Shown: positions 30,106-38,969, counted from the first letter of the stretch. The stretch is DNA of 64,000 bases from an uncultured Bacilli bacterium (GCA_947589515.1 CANQBE010000001.1:3800-67799); one strand, 5' to 3'. Numbers and translations are program-made. Notes: generated from the letters alone by a model not told the origin.

Positions 30106-30843
30106 ATGGATAGACCAATTGGTATTTTAGATTCAGGAATTGGTGGAGTAACTGTTTTAAAAGAAATTTTAAAATTACTACCTCATGAAAACTATATTTA
30201 TTATAGTGATTCACTTCATAATCCATATGGGTCTAAAACGAAAGAAGAATTATTTGAATATGTTGATCATATTTTACAATTTTTTTTAGAAAAAGATTGT
30301 AAGGCAGTTGTTTTTGCTTGTAATACTGCTACTGCGTTAGTGATTCAAGATATGAGACTAAAATATCCCCAAGTTATCATCGTAGGAATCGAACCTGCTT
30401 ATAAAATGGTTCATGACTATGCTAATTATAAAAAAACATTGGTAATGGCTACTCCTGCTACTATCCATAGTGAAAAATTTTTAAATCTTTTTCATCAATA
30501 TGATAATGGTAATACTATTTTACTCTCTTGTCCTAATTTAGCTTCTTATATTGAACAGGGAAACAATTTGGAAATTGAAAAATATTTAGAAGAAATCTTA
30601 CCAAAGGAAAAAATTGAAGTTGTTGTTTTAGGGTGCACACATTATCCCTTAATTACTAAACAAATCCAAAAGATATTAGGAAATGTTATTTTTTACGATG
30701 GAGGAAAAGGGGTAGCCTTGCGATTAAAAAATCTATTACAGGAAAACAACTTATTAACCAATTCTACTTTCGGTACACTTTTCTTTTATGATTCTTCTTT
30801 CAATTCAGAAAAAGAAAAAAGGTTTTATGAATTATTAAAATAA
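30106..30843 (+). CDS. murI: Glutamate racemase
   Basis: Motifs DSGIGG, ACNTA and GCTHYP. Confidence 0.92.
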   Translation: MDRPIGILDSGIGGVTVLKEILKLLPHENYIYYSDSLHNPYGSKTKEELFEYVDHILQFFLEKDCKAVVFACNTATALVIQDMRLKYPQVIIVGIEPAYKMVHDYANYKKTLVMATPATIHSEKFLNLFHQYDNGNTILLSCPNLASYIEQGNNLEIEKYLEEILPKEKIEVVVLGCTHYPLITKQIQKILGNVIFYDGGKGVALRLKNLLQENNLLTNSTFGTLFFYDSSFNSEKEKRFYELLK

Positions 30844-30929
30844 TTTTTCTTTTTTTTACTTTTTTTTACATTCCAAACCTTGTTTTATTTGTACTGAAAT
30901 ATGTTTAATGATATACTAATTTTGGTGGT

Positions 30930-31655
30930 ATGATGAAAAAAAACATTAGAAATATGGATGTTCATTACATACAATATGGTAACGAAACTGGTAATGAAAT
31001 CGTACTATTACATGGTTGGGGTCAAAATATAGAAATGATGATGCCTCTAGGGAATGAATTACAGGATTATCATATTACGATATTGGATTTTCCTGGTTTT
31101 GGAGAAAGTAGTTCTCCTACCAGTAGTTTAACGATTTATGATTATGTAGAAATATTAGAGGAACTATTAGAAAGTCTTCATATTCATAAACCTATTTTAA
31201 TAGGACATTCTTTTGGAGGAAGAGTAGCTATTCTTTATGCATCTAGAAATCCCGTTTACAAATTAGTTTTATTTGGTAGTCCTTGTATTAGAGAAAATCG
31301 GAAATCAACCAAAGAACAAATCTTAAAAACTATCAAAAAACTACCTGGTATGAATAAAGTAGGTGAGTTTGCCAAAAAATATATTGGTTCTACAGATTAT
31401 CGAAATGCTTCTCCTATTATGCGTGAAACAATAGTGAATGTCATTAATGAGGATTTAAGTAATGCGGCAAAAAAAATACAGTGTCCAACTTTATTAATAT
31501 GGGGAACACTAGATACCGAAGCACCTATTGAAGATGCCAGAAAATTAGAACAATTATTAATAGATGGAGGATTAGTAGAATTACCAGGATGTACCCATTA
31601 TGCTTATTTAGAAGCATTGCCACAGGTTATTCGTATATTACATAATTTTTTGTAG
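30930..31655 (+). CDS. Alpha/beta-fold hydrolase
   Basis: HGWG oxyanion region, nucleophile elbow GHSFGG, and a C-terminal His in GCTHYA. Confidence 0.8.
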   Translation: MMKKNIRNMDVHYIQYGNETGNEIVLLHGWGQNIEMMMPLGNELQDYHITILDFPGFGESSSPTSSLTIYDYVEILEELLESLHIHKPILIGHSFGGRVAILYASRNPVYKLVLFGSPCIRENRKSTKEQILKTIKKLPGMNKVGEFAKKYIGSTDYRNASPIMRETIVNVINEDLSNAAKKIQCPTLLIWGTLDTEAPIEDARKLEQLLIDGGLVELPGCTHYAYLEALPQVIRILHNFL

Positions 31656-31664
31656 GAGGAAGTT

Positions 31665-33260
31665 ATGAATATTTATACAATTAGTTTTCTTCTTATTCTC
31701 GTATTTAATGTTGTCAAGAATAAGAAAAGTATACATATGCTACAACAAAATCTTTATAATGAAAATAATCGTTATCTGAAGTGGATCAAAAAGAATTTAA
31801 AGACGGTTTTGATGACGTTAGATTTTCTTTCTCTCGTGATATTAGGAATTGCTTACTTTCTAAATCATTCTTTATCTACGGTATTAGTAATCATTGCTGA
31901 TATTTTTTATCTATTAGAATGTGCTCGTATTTTGAATTTACGAAAAACAGAACAAGTAAAAAAACCTTTGGTTGTCACTTCAAGAATTAAAAGATTAATG
32001 GTTACCGTTACTGTTTTAATGGGATTACCAATTATTATTTATTTTGTGGATCGTAATCAGGGTTTATTATTACTTTTCGTAGAATCTCTTGTTACGTATT
32101 TTAGTTATTTTATAGTTTATTTAGCTAAAGTAATCAATACTCCAATTGAAAAATTTGTATACATATACTACGAAACGAAAGCTAAAAATAAATTAAAAAG
32201 TATGACTAATTTAAAAGTAGTAGGGATTACAGGTAGTTATGGAAAGACAAGTAGTAAAAATATTTTAAATGATATTCTAAATATTAAATTTATATCTCGC
32301 CCAACTCCTAGAAATTTAAATACTGAATACGGATTAATGATTACTATCAATAACTATTTAGATAAATTTGATGATATTTTTATTGCTGAAATGGGAGCTT
32401 ATAAAAAAGGCGAAATTAAAAAATTATGTGATATGGTACATCCTAAGTATGGGATCTTAACTAGAATTGGTCTTGCTCATTTGGAAAGCTTTGGTAGTGC
32501 CGAAAATATTATTAAGACAAAATTTGAATTGATTGAAAGTTTGCCTGATGATGGAATTGCGGTTTTAAATAAAGATGATCCGAAACAAGTTTCCTATCCA
32601 ATACAAAGTAAATGTAAGAAAATTTGGATTGGAATTGAATCTGATGATGTTGATGTAAAAGCCTTTGATATTCAATGTGACTACAAGGGTAGTAAATTTC
32701 ATGTCATGTTCAAAGGGGATAAAAACCAATATATATTTGAAACGAAATTACTAGGAAATCATAATATTTATAATATATTAGCGGGAATTGCTTTAGGAAA
32801 AGAACTAGGAATTAGTATGAAAGAACTACAACAAGGTGTTAGAAAAGTAAGACCAATAGAGAGTCGGTTAGAATTAAAAGACTTTGGATATATGTATCAA
32901 ATTAATGATGCTTACAATTCTAATCCTATCGGAGCAAAATCAGCATTAGATGTATTAAATATGATGCCTGGTATGAAAGTAGTAGTTACTCCTGGTATGA
33001 CAGAATTAGGAGAAAAAGAAGAAGAACTCAATCATATTTTTGGTACTCAGATTGCTACTGTTGCTGACTATGTGATTTTAGTTGGAGAAAAGAAAACAAG
33101 ACCTATCTTTGAAGGAATTAATGAAAGTGGTTTTGATCAAGATAAATTATTTATTGTAAATAGTGTTTATCAAGCATATGATTTACTGAAAACTTTAAAG
33201 CAAAAAGAAGATATGTATGCATTATTTGAAAATGATTTACCAGATGCTTATAATGAATAG
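31665..33260 (+). CDS. murF: MurF-like Mur ligase (UDP-MurNAc-tripeptide--D-Ala-D-Ala ligase family) with a polytopic membrane N-terminal domain
   Basis: The first roughly 170 aa contain about 4-5 TM helices. These are followed by GITGSYGKTS, RNLNTEYG, EMGA..GEI and GLAHLESFGS, the MurF-type central and C-terminal domains. Confidence 0.7.
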   Translation: MNIYTISFLLILVFNVVKNKKSIHMLQQNLYNENNRYLKWIKKNLKTVLMTLDFLSLVILGIAYFLNHSLSTVLVIIADIFYLLECARILNLRKTEQVKKPLVVTSRIKRLMVTVTVLMGLPIIIYFVDRNQGLLLLFVESLVTYFSYFIVYLAKVINTPIEKFVYIYYETKAKNKLKSMTNLKVVGITGSYGKTSSKNILNDILNIKFISRPTPRNLNTEYGLMITINNYLDKFDDIFIAEMGAYKKGEIKKLCDMVHPKYGILTRIGLAHLESFGSAENIIKTKFELIESLPDDGIAVLNKDDPKQVSYPIQSKCKKIWIGIESDDVDVKAFDIQCDYKGSKFHVMFKGDKNQYIFETKLLGNHNIYNILAGIALGKELGISMKELQQGVRKVRPIESRLELKDFGYMYQINDAYNSNPIGAKSALDVLNMMPGMKVVVTPGMTELGEKEEELNHIFGTQIATVADYVILVGEKKTRPIFEGINESGFDQDKLFIVNSVYQAYDLLKTLKQKEDMYALFENDLPDAYNE

Positions 33261-33271
33261 GAGTGAATGTT

Positions 33272-34492
33272 ATGAAAATTAGATTAGGTGTTATTTTTGG
33301 TGGAGAAAGTGTAGAGCATGAAGTTAGTATTATTTCAGCTATTCAGGCAATGAATAAAATGGATAGTGAAAAATATGAAATTATTCCTATCTACATTACG
33401 AAAGATAGACAGTGGTTTACAGGTGAAATGTTAAAAGACATTGAAACTTATAGTGATCTATCTTTGATTAAAAAATATGCAAAAAATGTTGTTTTGTATG
33501 AAAAGAATGGAAGATTTGTGCTTCAAAATAAAAGAGGTTTCAAACGCATTATCAAGGAAATAGATATGGCTTTTCCTATTGTTCATGGAACTAATGTAGA
33601 AGATGGTGTATTGCAGGGATATCTTCAATCCATTGGAATTCCATTTGTAGGAGGAGATGTTTATGCATCCGTAGTAGGCCAAGATAAAGTATTTATGAAA
33701 GAGGTATTTGAATCTCAAAAATTACCTGTTTGTAAACATATTTGGTTCTATGATACGGAATATGAAGAGGACTCTAATCCTATTTTTGCAAGTATTAAAA
33801 AATTAGGATATCCTGTTATCGTAAAACCAGCAACATTGGGTAGTAGTGTTGGAATTAAAACAGCACATGATCAAGAAGAAGTAAAAACTGCTATTGATGA
33901 AGCTATTAAATATGACCATAAGATTGTGGTAGAAAAACTAGTAGAAGATTTAATGGAAGTAAATATTAGTGTACTAGGTAATTATGAAAATCAACAAGTT
34001 AGTGCTATTGAACAGGTAATTCCAACCAAAGATTTCTTAACCTATGAAGATAAATATATAGGTGGTGGAAAAGCAAAAGGTAAATTATCTGGTGGTAAGT
34101 TTAAAACATCTAAAGGAATGGTATCCGCAAATCGTGTCATTCCTGCACCATTAAAAGAAGATATGAAAGAAGAAATAGAAAAGGTTGCTGTAGATGCCTT
34201 TAAGGCTCTTGGATCTAGCGGTGTTGTTAGAATCGACTTCTTAGTAGATAAAAAGACTAATAAAATTTATATTAATGAAGTAAATAATATTCCAGGATCC
34301 TTATCTTTCTATTTATGGGAGCCAATTGGTAAAGAATACACTGAACTTTTAGATGATATGATAAATATTGGAATCAGAGATTATAAAAAACGAGTTGCAA
34401 AAACGCATTCTTTCGATACTAACATCTTAAAAGGATTTACAGAACTTGGTGGATTAAAAGGAATGAAGGGTATGAAAGGGAAACTAAGATAA
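33272..34492 (+). CDS. ddl: D-alanine--D-alanine ligase (ATP-grasp) with insertions
   Basis: Motifs GGESVEHEVS, EDGVLQG, KPATLGSSVGI and NEVNNIPG. RBS aggag precedes the ATG at 33272. Confidence 0.85.
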   Translation: MKIRLGVIFGGESVEHEVSIISAIQAMNKMDSEKYEIIPIYITKDRQWFTGEMLKDIETYSDLSLIKKYAKNVVLYEKNGRFVLQNKRGFKRIIKEIDMAFPIVHGTNVEDGVLQGYLQSIGIPFVGGDVYASVVGQDKVFMKEVFESQKLPVCKHIWFYDTEYEEDSNPIFASIKKLGYPVIVKPATLGSSVGIKTAHDQEEVKTAIDEAIKYDHKIVVEKLVEDLMEVNISVLGNYENQQVSAIEQVIPTKDFLTYEDKYIGGGKAKGKLSGGKFKTSKGMVSANRVIPAPLKEDMKEEIEKVAVDAFKALGSSGVVRIDFLVDKKTNKIYINEVNNIPGSLSFYLWEPIGKEYTELLDDMINIGIRDYKKRVAKTHSFDTNILKGFTELGGLKGMKGMKGKLR

Positions 34493-34560
34493 TTATTTGT
34501 CTTAGTTTTTTTGTAGTATTTTTAGGTAGAAAGCGATATAATGAAAGAGAGGTGAATTTT

Positions 34561-34926
34561 ATGAAAATATTAAAATGTATGAGTTGTGGAGCTTTAGTTA
34601 GAGTTATTGATGACTGTCATTGTCATTGTGGAATTGAGTGTTGTGGTGATAAAATGGAAGAAGTCACTTTAAATTCTAAAGATGCTGCTTTTGAAAAACA
34701 TTTACCACAATATGAAAAAGTAGGGGATAAAATCATGGTAAAAGTTCCTCATGTTATGGAAGAAGAACATTATATTGAATTTATTACTTATCTTCATGAT
34801 GGGAAAGAAGAAACTATTTATTTAAATAGTAATGATAATCCAGAAGTAGAGTTTACTTATTATCCTAATAGTAAATTATATAGTTACTGTAATAAACATG
34901 GTTTATGGGTAACAGATGTAGAATAA
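34561..34926 (+). CDS. Desulfoferrodoxin-type superoxide reductase (2Fe-SOR-like)
   Basis: N-terminal CxxC...CC desulforedoxin-like ligands. Centre II ligands EKH, HVMEEEH and CNKHGLW. Confidence 0.8.
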   Translation: MKILKCMSCGALVRVIDDCHCHCGIECCGDKMEEVTLNSKDAAFEKHLPQYEKVGDKIMVKVPHVMEEEHYIEFITYLHDGKEETIYLNSNDNPEVEFTYYPNSKLYSYCNKHGLWVTDVE

Positions 34927-34945
34927 TTAGAAAGTGATTGATCCT

Positions 34946-35848
34946 ATGAAAGATGAGATTAAGCAGTTTATTGAAAGAAGACCTGAAGTAAAAGGGGCTT
35001 ATGGTTATGGTTCTGGTGTATTTAAACAAAGTGGTTATTCTACAACGGATAAACCGCAAATTGATTTAATTTTCGCAATAGATGATTTAAAAAAATGGCA
35101 TTTAGAAAATATGAAATTGAATCCTAAAGATTATTCTTTTATGGGTAAAATATTTTTTAAAAATGCTCCTATTGCCAAACTAAAAGGTACAACAGGGATT
35201 GTATATTTAAGTAATATTTATGAAGATGGCAAAGTTTATAAATATGGAACGATAGAAGAAAAAGATTTGGAAAACTATTTAAATACTTGGGAAAGTTTTT
35301 ATTTACCAGGTAGATTTCAAAAAGCCATTTTGCCAGTGATTGAATCTAAAAAAATTACAGAGGCAAATGAAAAGAATCGTGCAAGTGTATTATTAACTGC
35401 TTTGCTTACTTTGCCAGAAGATAGGCATCAATTAATTGATATCTATACTCAAATTTGTGGCTTATCGTATCTAGGGGATACAAGAATGAAATTTGCGGAA
35501 AACCCTAGAAAAGTTTTAAATATCGTAGAAGGTAGTTTTGATAGTTTAAAAGAAATTTATGGAACAAGTAATCAATATTTCAAAACAAATAAACAGGATG
35601 AAGTTACTATCAATGATAAAAAAATAATGCAAGATATCAATTTATTGCCAGAATATTTAATAAAATATTTAGGTGATGATATCCATAGTAATGATAAAGA
35701 AATCATTAGTATGAAAATTCTTGAATATTTTACAGAATTAAATAAGAAAGAAAGTTCAATGCAGACGATAAAGGGCCTTTATTCAAATGGTTTTACTCGT
35801 TCTATCCAATATGCATCACAGAAAGTGTTAAAGAAGATCAAAAAATAA
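34946..35848 (+). CDS. Tam41/Mmp37-family protein (putative CDP-diacylglycerol synthase-like nucleotidyltransferase)
   Basis: Motifs AYGYGSGVFKQ, DLIFAIDD, KYG, NTWESFYLPGRFQK and GLSYLGDTRM.. closely mirror conserved blocks of eukaryotic TAMM41, recalled from memory. Confidence 0.7.
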   Translation: MKDEIKQFIERRPEVKGAYGYGSGVFKQSGYSTTDKPQIDLIFAIDDLKKWHLENMKLNPKDYSFMGKIFFKNAPIAKLKGTTGIVYLSNIYEDGKVYKYGTIEEKDLENYLNTWESFYLPGRFQKAILPVIESKKITEANEKNRASVLLTALLTLPEDRHQLIDIYTQICGLSYLGDTRMKFAENPRKVLNIVEGSFDSLKEIYGTSNQYFKTNKQDEVTINDKKIMQDINLLPEYLIKYLGDDIHSNDKEIISMKILEYFTELNKKESSMQTIKGLYSNGFTRSIQYASQKVLKKIKK

Positions 35849-35918
35849 ATGGGTATTGATGGAGAAATATCTCCAAATAGAGAATAATTAGAGAATCAAT
35901 GAAATATTTTTAGGTTTT

Positions 35919-35972
35919 AAACCCCTAGGAATTTTGACAAGTATATCAAAATATCCATTGGGGTTTTTTATT
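35919..35972 (+). terminator. Long imperfect hairpin terminator ending the housekeeping block
   Basis: Outer stem aaacccc/ggggttt, inner stem attttga/tcaaaat, then a T6 run. Confidence 0.6.
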
Positions 35973-36141
35973 GAAATAAAAAATCATCTCTAGATAGAGA
36001 TGAAATATATTTTAATGTTCAAAAAGTTCGAACAGATTCGTCAATGGAGCGATTACTTGTTAGGTTATGAACACCTAATAAACATAAAATTCATAATTAC
36101 TTGATTAATCAATTATAACTAATTTTTAACTTATATACAAT

Positions 36142-36212
36142 ATTTTTCAAAATTTTTATGACATTTCTTACGACATTTCTTGTGACATTTCTTACGACAT
36201 GATATAATTATA
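36142..36212 (+). promoter_or_regulatory. Island promoter copy 1: extended -10 (tgatataat) preceded by three tandem 12-bp repeats gacatttctt(ac/gt)
   Basis: The repeats lie at 36160-36171, 36172-36183 and 36184-36195. The tataat box is at 36203-36208 with TG at 36200-36201. Near-identical to 38970-39016 apart from a 24-bp expansion. Confidence 0.6.
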
Positions 36213-36234
36213 TCTAGAAAATTAGGAGGTAAAA

Positions 36235-37557
36235 ATGGTAGGCGCTGTTGAAGATGTAAGAAATGAATTTAAAATAAAATTAACTGATAAATTTGAAGAA
36301 GAAGTTATAGCATTTTTAAATACTAATGGTGGAAATATTTTCTTAGGTATTGATGATAAAGGAATTATTATTGGTGTTAAAGGAAATATTGATCTACTTC
36401 AAAGAACGATTAAAGATAGAATAAAGAATAATATTATGCCGTCTACTTTAGGGCTTTTTGATGTTGCAGTTTTAGAAAAAGATAATAAAAAATATATAAA
36501 AGTTATTGTTGCTCGTGGAAATGAAAGACCATATTACTTAAAGGGTATGGGAATGACTCCTGATAGTTGCTTTATAAGAGTGGGAAGCTCAATTCAAAGC
36601 ATGCCAAGTGATATGATTAATAATGAATTTAGTAAAAGAACAAGGAATTCTTTAAAAAATATTATATCCCCTAAACAAGATTTATCTTTTAGCCAGTTAA
36701 AGATTTATTATGAAGAAAAAGGATTTTTAATTAATGATAATTTTCTAAATCAATTAGAACTTTATACAGATGATGGAAAATTTAATTATGTGGCTTATCT
36801 ACTTGCTGATAACAATTCTATTTCTATATTATTTGGAAAGTATGAAGGCACTAATTCGGTTAATTTAGTAGAGAATGAAGATTTTGGTAATTGTTCTTTA
36901 ATTAAAGCTACAAAAAATATTTTGAATAAAATAAAACTTGAAAATAAAATTTTTACAAAGATTGAATATCCAGAGAGAAAAGAAATAAAAATGTATGATT
37001 ATGATGCTGTAAGAGAAGCAGTTGTTAATGCTATAGTACACAATGATTGGTCTAATGAATATTCACCTAAATTTGAAATGTTTAGCGATAAACTTGTTAT
37101 ATCATCAAATGGTGGAATTCAAGAAAACACATCTAAAGAAGAATTTTTGCAAGGTTTTTCTTTACCAAAAAATAAAGAATTAATGAAAGTTTTTAGAGAT
37201 TTAGATTTAGTTGAACAAATGGGTACAGGAATTATACGAATATTAGAAAGTTATGATAAAAGTTCTTTTGAATTTTTTCCAAACTTTATTAGAGTAACAT
37301 TTCCATTTAATGAAAATAAATTTAATATAGAAAAACGAGTTTCAGTTAAAACTTTAGAAAATTTAACGAAAATACAAAATTCTATTATTTCCTTAATGTC
37401 AGACTCACCAACTATTACTCAAGATAAACTTGCACGATTATTAGATGTAAACATTAGAACAATTCAAAGAAATATTAAGAATTTAATTGAATTAGGTATT
37501 GTCGAAAGAATTGGGGCAACTAAAAAAGGCGAATGGAAAGTAATAGATAGGCGGTAG
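36235..37557 (+). CDS. Schlafen/AlbA_2 (divergent AAA_4) + HATPase_c_4 + C-terminal wHTH protein (COG2865-like putative regulator/sensor)
   Basis: RBS aggagg. N-terminus reads NEFKIKL..EEVIAFLNTNGGNIFLGIDDKG.IIGV. Middle region has REAVVNAIVHNDW and LVEQMGTGIIRI. C-terminus has ITQDKLARLLDVNIRTIQRNIKNLIELGIVERIG. Confidence 0.8.
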   Translation: MVGAVEDVRNEFKIKLTDKFEEEVIAFLNTNGGNIFLGIDDKGIIIGVKGNIDLLQRTIKDRIKNNIMPSTLGLFDVAVLEKDNKKYIKVIVARGNERPYYLKGMGMTPDSCFIRVGSSIQSMPSDMINNEFSKRTRNSLKNIISPKQDLSFSQLKIYYEEKGFLINDNFLNQLELYTDDGKFNYVAYLLADNNSISILFGKYEGTNSVNLVENEDFGNCSLIKATKNILNKIKLENKIFTKIEYPERKEIKMYDYDAVREAVVNAIVHNDWSNEYSPKFEMFSDKLVISSNGGIQENTSKEEFLQGFSLPKNKELMKVFRDLDLVEQMGTGIIRILESYDKSSFEFFPNFIRVTFPFNENKFNIEKRVSVKTLENLTKIQNSIISLMSDSPTITQDKLARLLDVNIRTIQRNIKNLIELGIVERIGATKKGEWKVIDRR

Positions 37558-37562
37558 GTAAT

Positions 37563-38939
37563 ATGCGTGAAGAAATACTTAAAAAAGTAGATATTTTATA
37601 TACTATGTGGAAACAAGGTAGTCTGGGTGGAGAAATAATGCCAGAAGATGCAAATCCACATTTGGAAAAATCATCATTAGAAAATTATCTATATTTTACT
37701 TTGCCAATGGCACTTAATTATCAAAGAAATTCTTATACTTTATGGGAAAGTGCAAATAAAACATATTATGATGAAGAAACAAGATTTGTTTTTAATCCAA
37801 ATGAAGTTTTAAATAGATCGTTTGAAGAAGTACAATATGCTTTAACAAAATATAAAGTTGCTCTACAAAAGACTAAACAAACGGAAATATGGATAAAATT
37901 GTGCAATACATTTGTAGAATTATTTGATGGAGATATTAGAAATTTATTTGATAAATTAGATAATGATGTTGATAAAATAAGAGATTTTATTCAAAAAGAA
38001 AATAAAACAAAATTTCCATATTTATCGGGTACTAAAATTTGTAATTATTGGCTATATGTTATTTGGCAATATACTGATAGAAAATATAAAAATATTGAAA
38101 ATCTAACTGTAGCTCCTGATACGCATGTCTGTAAAGCTACTTATAGACTAGGATTAATTACAGAAGATGAACTAAACTCAAATAATGTTCAGTTGATTGT
38201 AATAGACAGGTGGAATCAATTATTTAAGGGTACAAAATATAAACCAATTGATATACATACGGCGTTATGGTTATGGAGTAGAAATGGCTTTAAAGAATTA
38301 GATCAAAGTATTTTAGATAATAAAAAAATTAAAAATATAATTAAGAATTCTTATGAAAAAAATAACTATATTGAAAAATTTAGAAAAAGAAATTTATTAC
38401 CTTTTGAAAAAAGCATTTTTGATCAAGTTATAAATTTAATACCAAAACAAGGTAATATTTTAGATTTAGGTTGTGGTAACGGATATCCTTATGATTATTA
38501 TTTTTGTTCAAAAGGATTTAATTTAATAGGCATTGATTTTTGTGAAAAACATATTAAAGAGGCTCGAAAAATAAATCCTAAAGCAAAATATTTTATTAGT
38601 GATATTGAAAATTATGAGATTGATAGTAAATATGATTTAGTATTAATGCTATTTTCTTTACTACATTTACCTAGAGAAAAACATAAGTATATATTAGAAA
38701 GAATTTATAATAGTTTAAATGAAAATGGAATTTTATTGATAACACTTAGAGATGAAGATGCAGGTACTATAAAATATAAAAATGATTTTTGTAATCAAGA
38801 AATGATTTGGAGTTACTATGATTATGAAACTTATATAAAATTGTTAAAAGAAATAGGATTTAAATTAATTTTCAGTGAGAATCAAAATAAATATGGAATA
38901 GAAGAAAGCCATAACTGGGTTATATTACAAAAGAAATAA
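37563..38939 (+). CDS. Fusion protein: endonuclease-III-like (HhH-GPD-like) N-terminal domain + class I SAM-dependent methyltransferase C-terminal domain
   Basis: Residues 151-200, FPYLSGTKICNYWL...VAPDTHVCKATYRLGLI, parallel E. coli Nth LPGVGRKTANVVL...IAVDTHIFRVCNRTQFA, including the Lys and Asp. Residues about 296-400 have motif I ILDLGCGNG and a DLVLMLFSLLHL post-I/II pattern. Confidence 0.6.
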   Translation: MREEILKKVDILYTMWKQGSLGGEIMPEDANPHLEKSSLENYLYFTLPMALNYQRNSYTLWESANKTYYDEETRFVFNPNEVLNRSFEEVQYALTKYKVALQKTKQTEIWIKLCNTFVELFDGDIRNLFDKLDNDVDKIRDFIQKENKTKFPYLSGTKICNYWLYVIWQYTDRKYKNIENLTVAPDTHVCKATYRLGLITEDELNSNNVQLIVIDRWNQLFKGTKYKPIDIHTALWLWSRNGFKELDQSILDNKKIKNIIKNSYEKNNYIEKFRKRNLLPFEKSIFDQVINLIPKQGNILDLGCGNGYPYDYYFCSKGFNLIGIDFCEKHIKEARKINPKAKYFISDIENYEIDSKYDLVLMLFSLLHLPREKHKYILERIYNSLNENGILLITLRDEDAGTIKYKNDFCNQEMIWSYYDYETYIKLLKEIGFKLIFSENQNKYGIEESHNWVILQKK

Positions 38940-38969
38940 AATTTGTATTCTTTTAAATTATTAAGAAAA

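Noticed and set aside
29873-30226. 117-aa minus-strand ORF spanning the murI start and the upstream intergenic region.
   Set aside because: It overlaps the murI 5' end and a terminator hairpin. It has no RBS, and its Phe/Leu/Ile/Asn/Lys-rich composition is typical of random AT-rich frames.
36043-36052. tggagcgat near the left edge of the island, considered as a possible direct-repeat (att) copy of the tRNA-Gly 3' end (tggagcggat).
   Set aside because: Only a 7-nt exact match. Several such matches are expected by chance in 64 kb, so it cannot define an att site.
36101-36112. Perfect 12-bp palindrome ttgattaatcaa upstream of the island promoter, considered as a regulator site.
   Set aside because: Short AT-only palindromes are frequent in DNA of this composition, and no second copy or positional argument supports it.
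36160-36195. The tandem 12-bp repeats, considered as a possible CRISPR-like or minisatellite array.
   Set aside because: The units are contiguous with no spacers, number only three, and overlap a promoter. An operator/promoter repeat explains them better. No CRISPR array occurs anywhere in the window.
38417-38936. The methyltransferase half of the fusion protein, considered as the cognate DNA methyltransferase of a classical type II R-M pair with 39057-39803.
   Set aside because: It has no (D/N/S)PP(Y/F/W) or PCQ/ENV motifs and no target-recognition domain. A classical R-M pair cannot be asserted from the sequence, so it is kept only as an open question.
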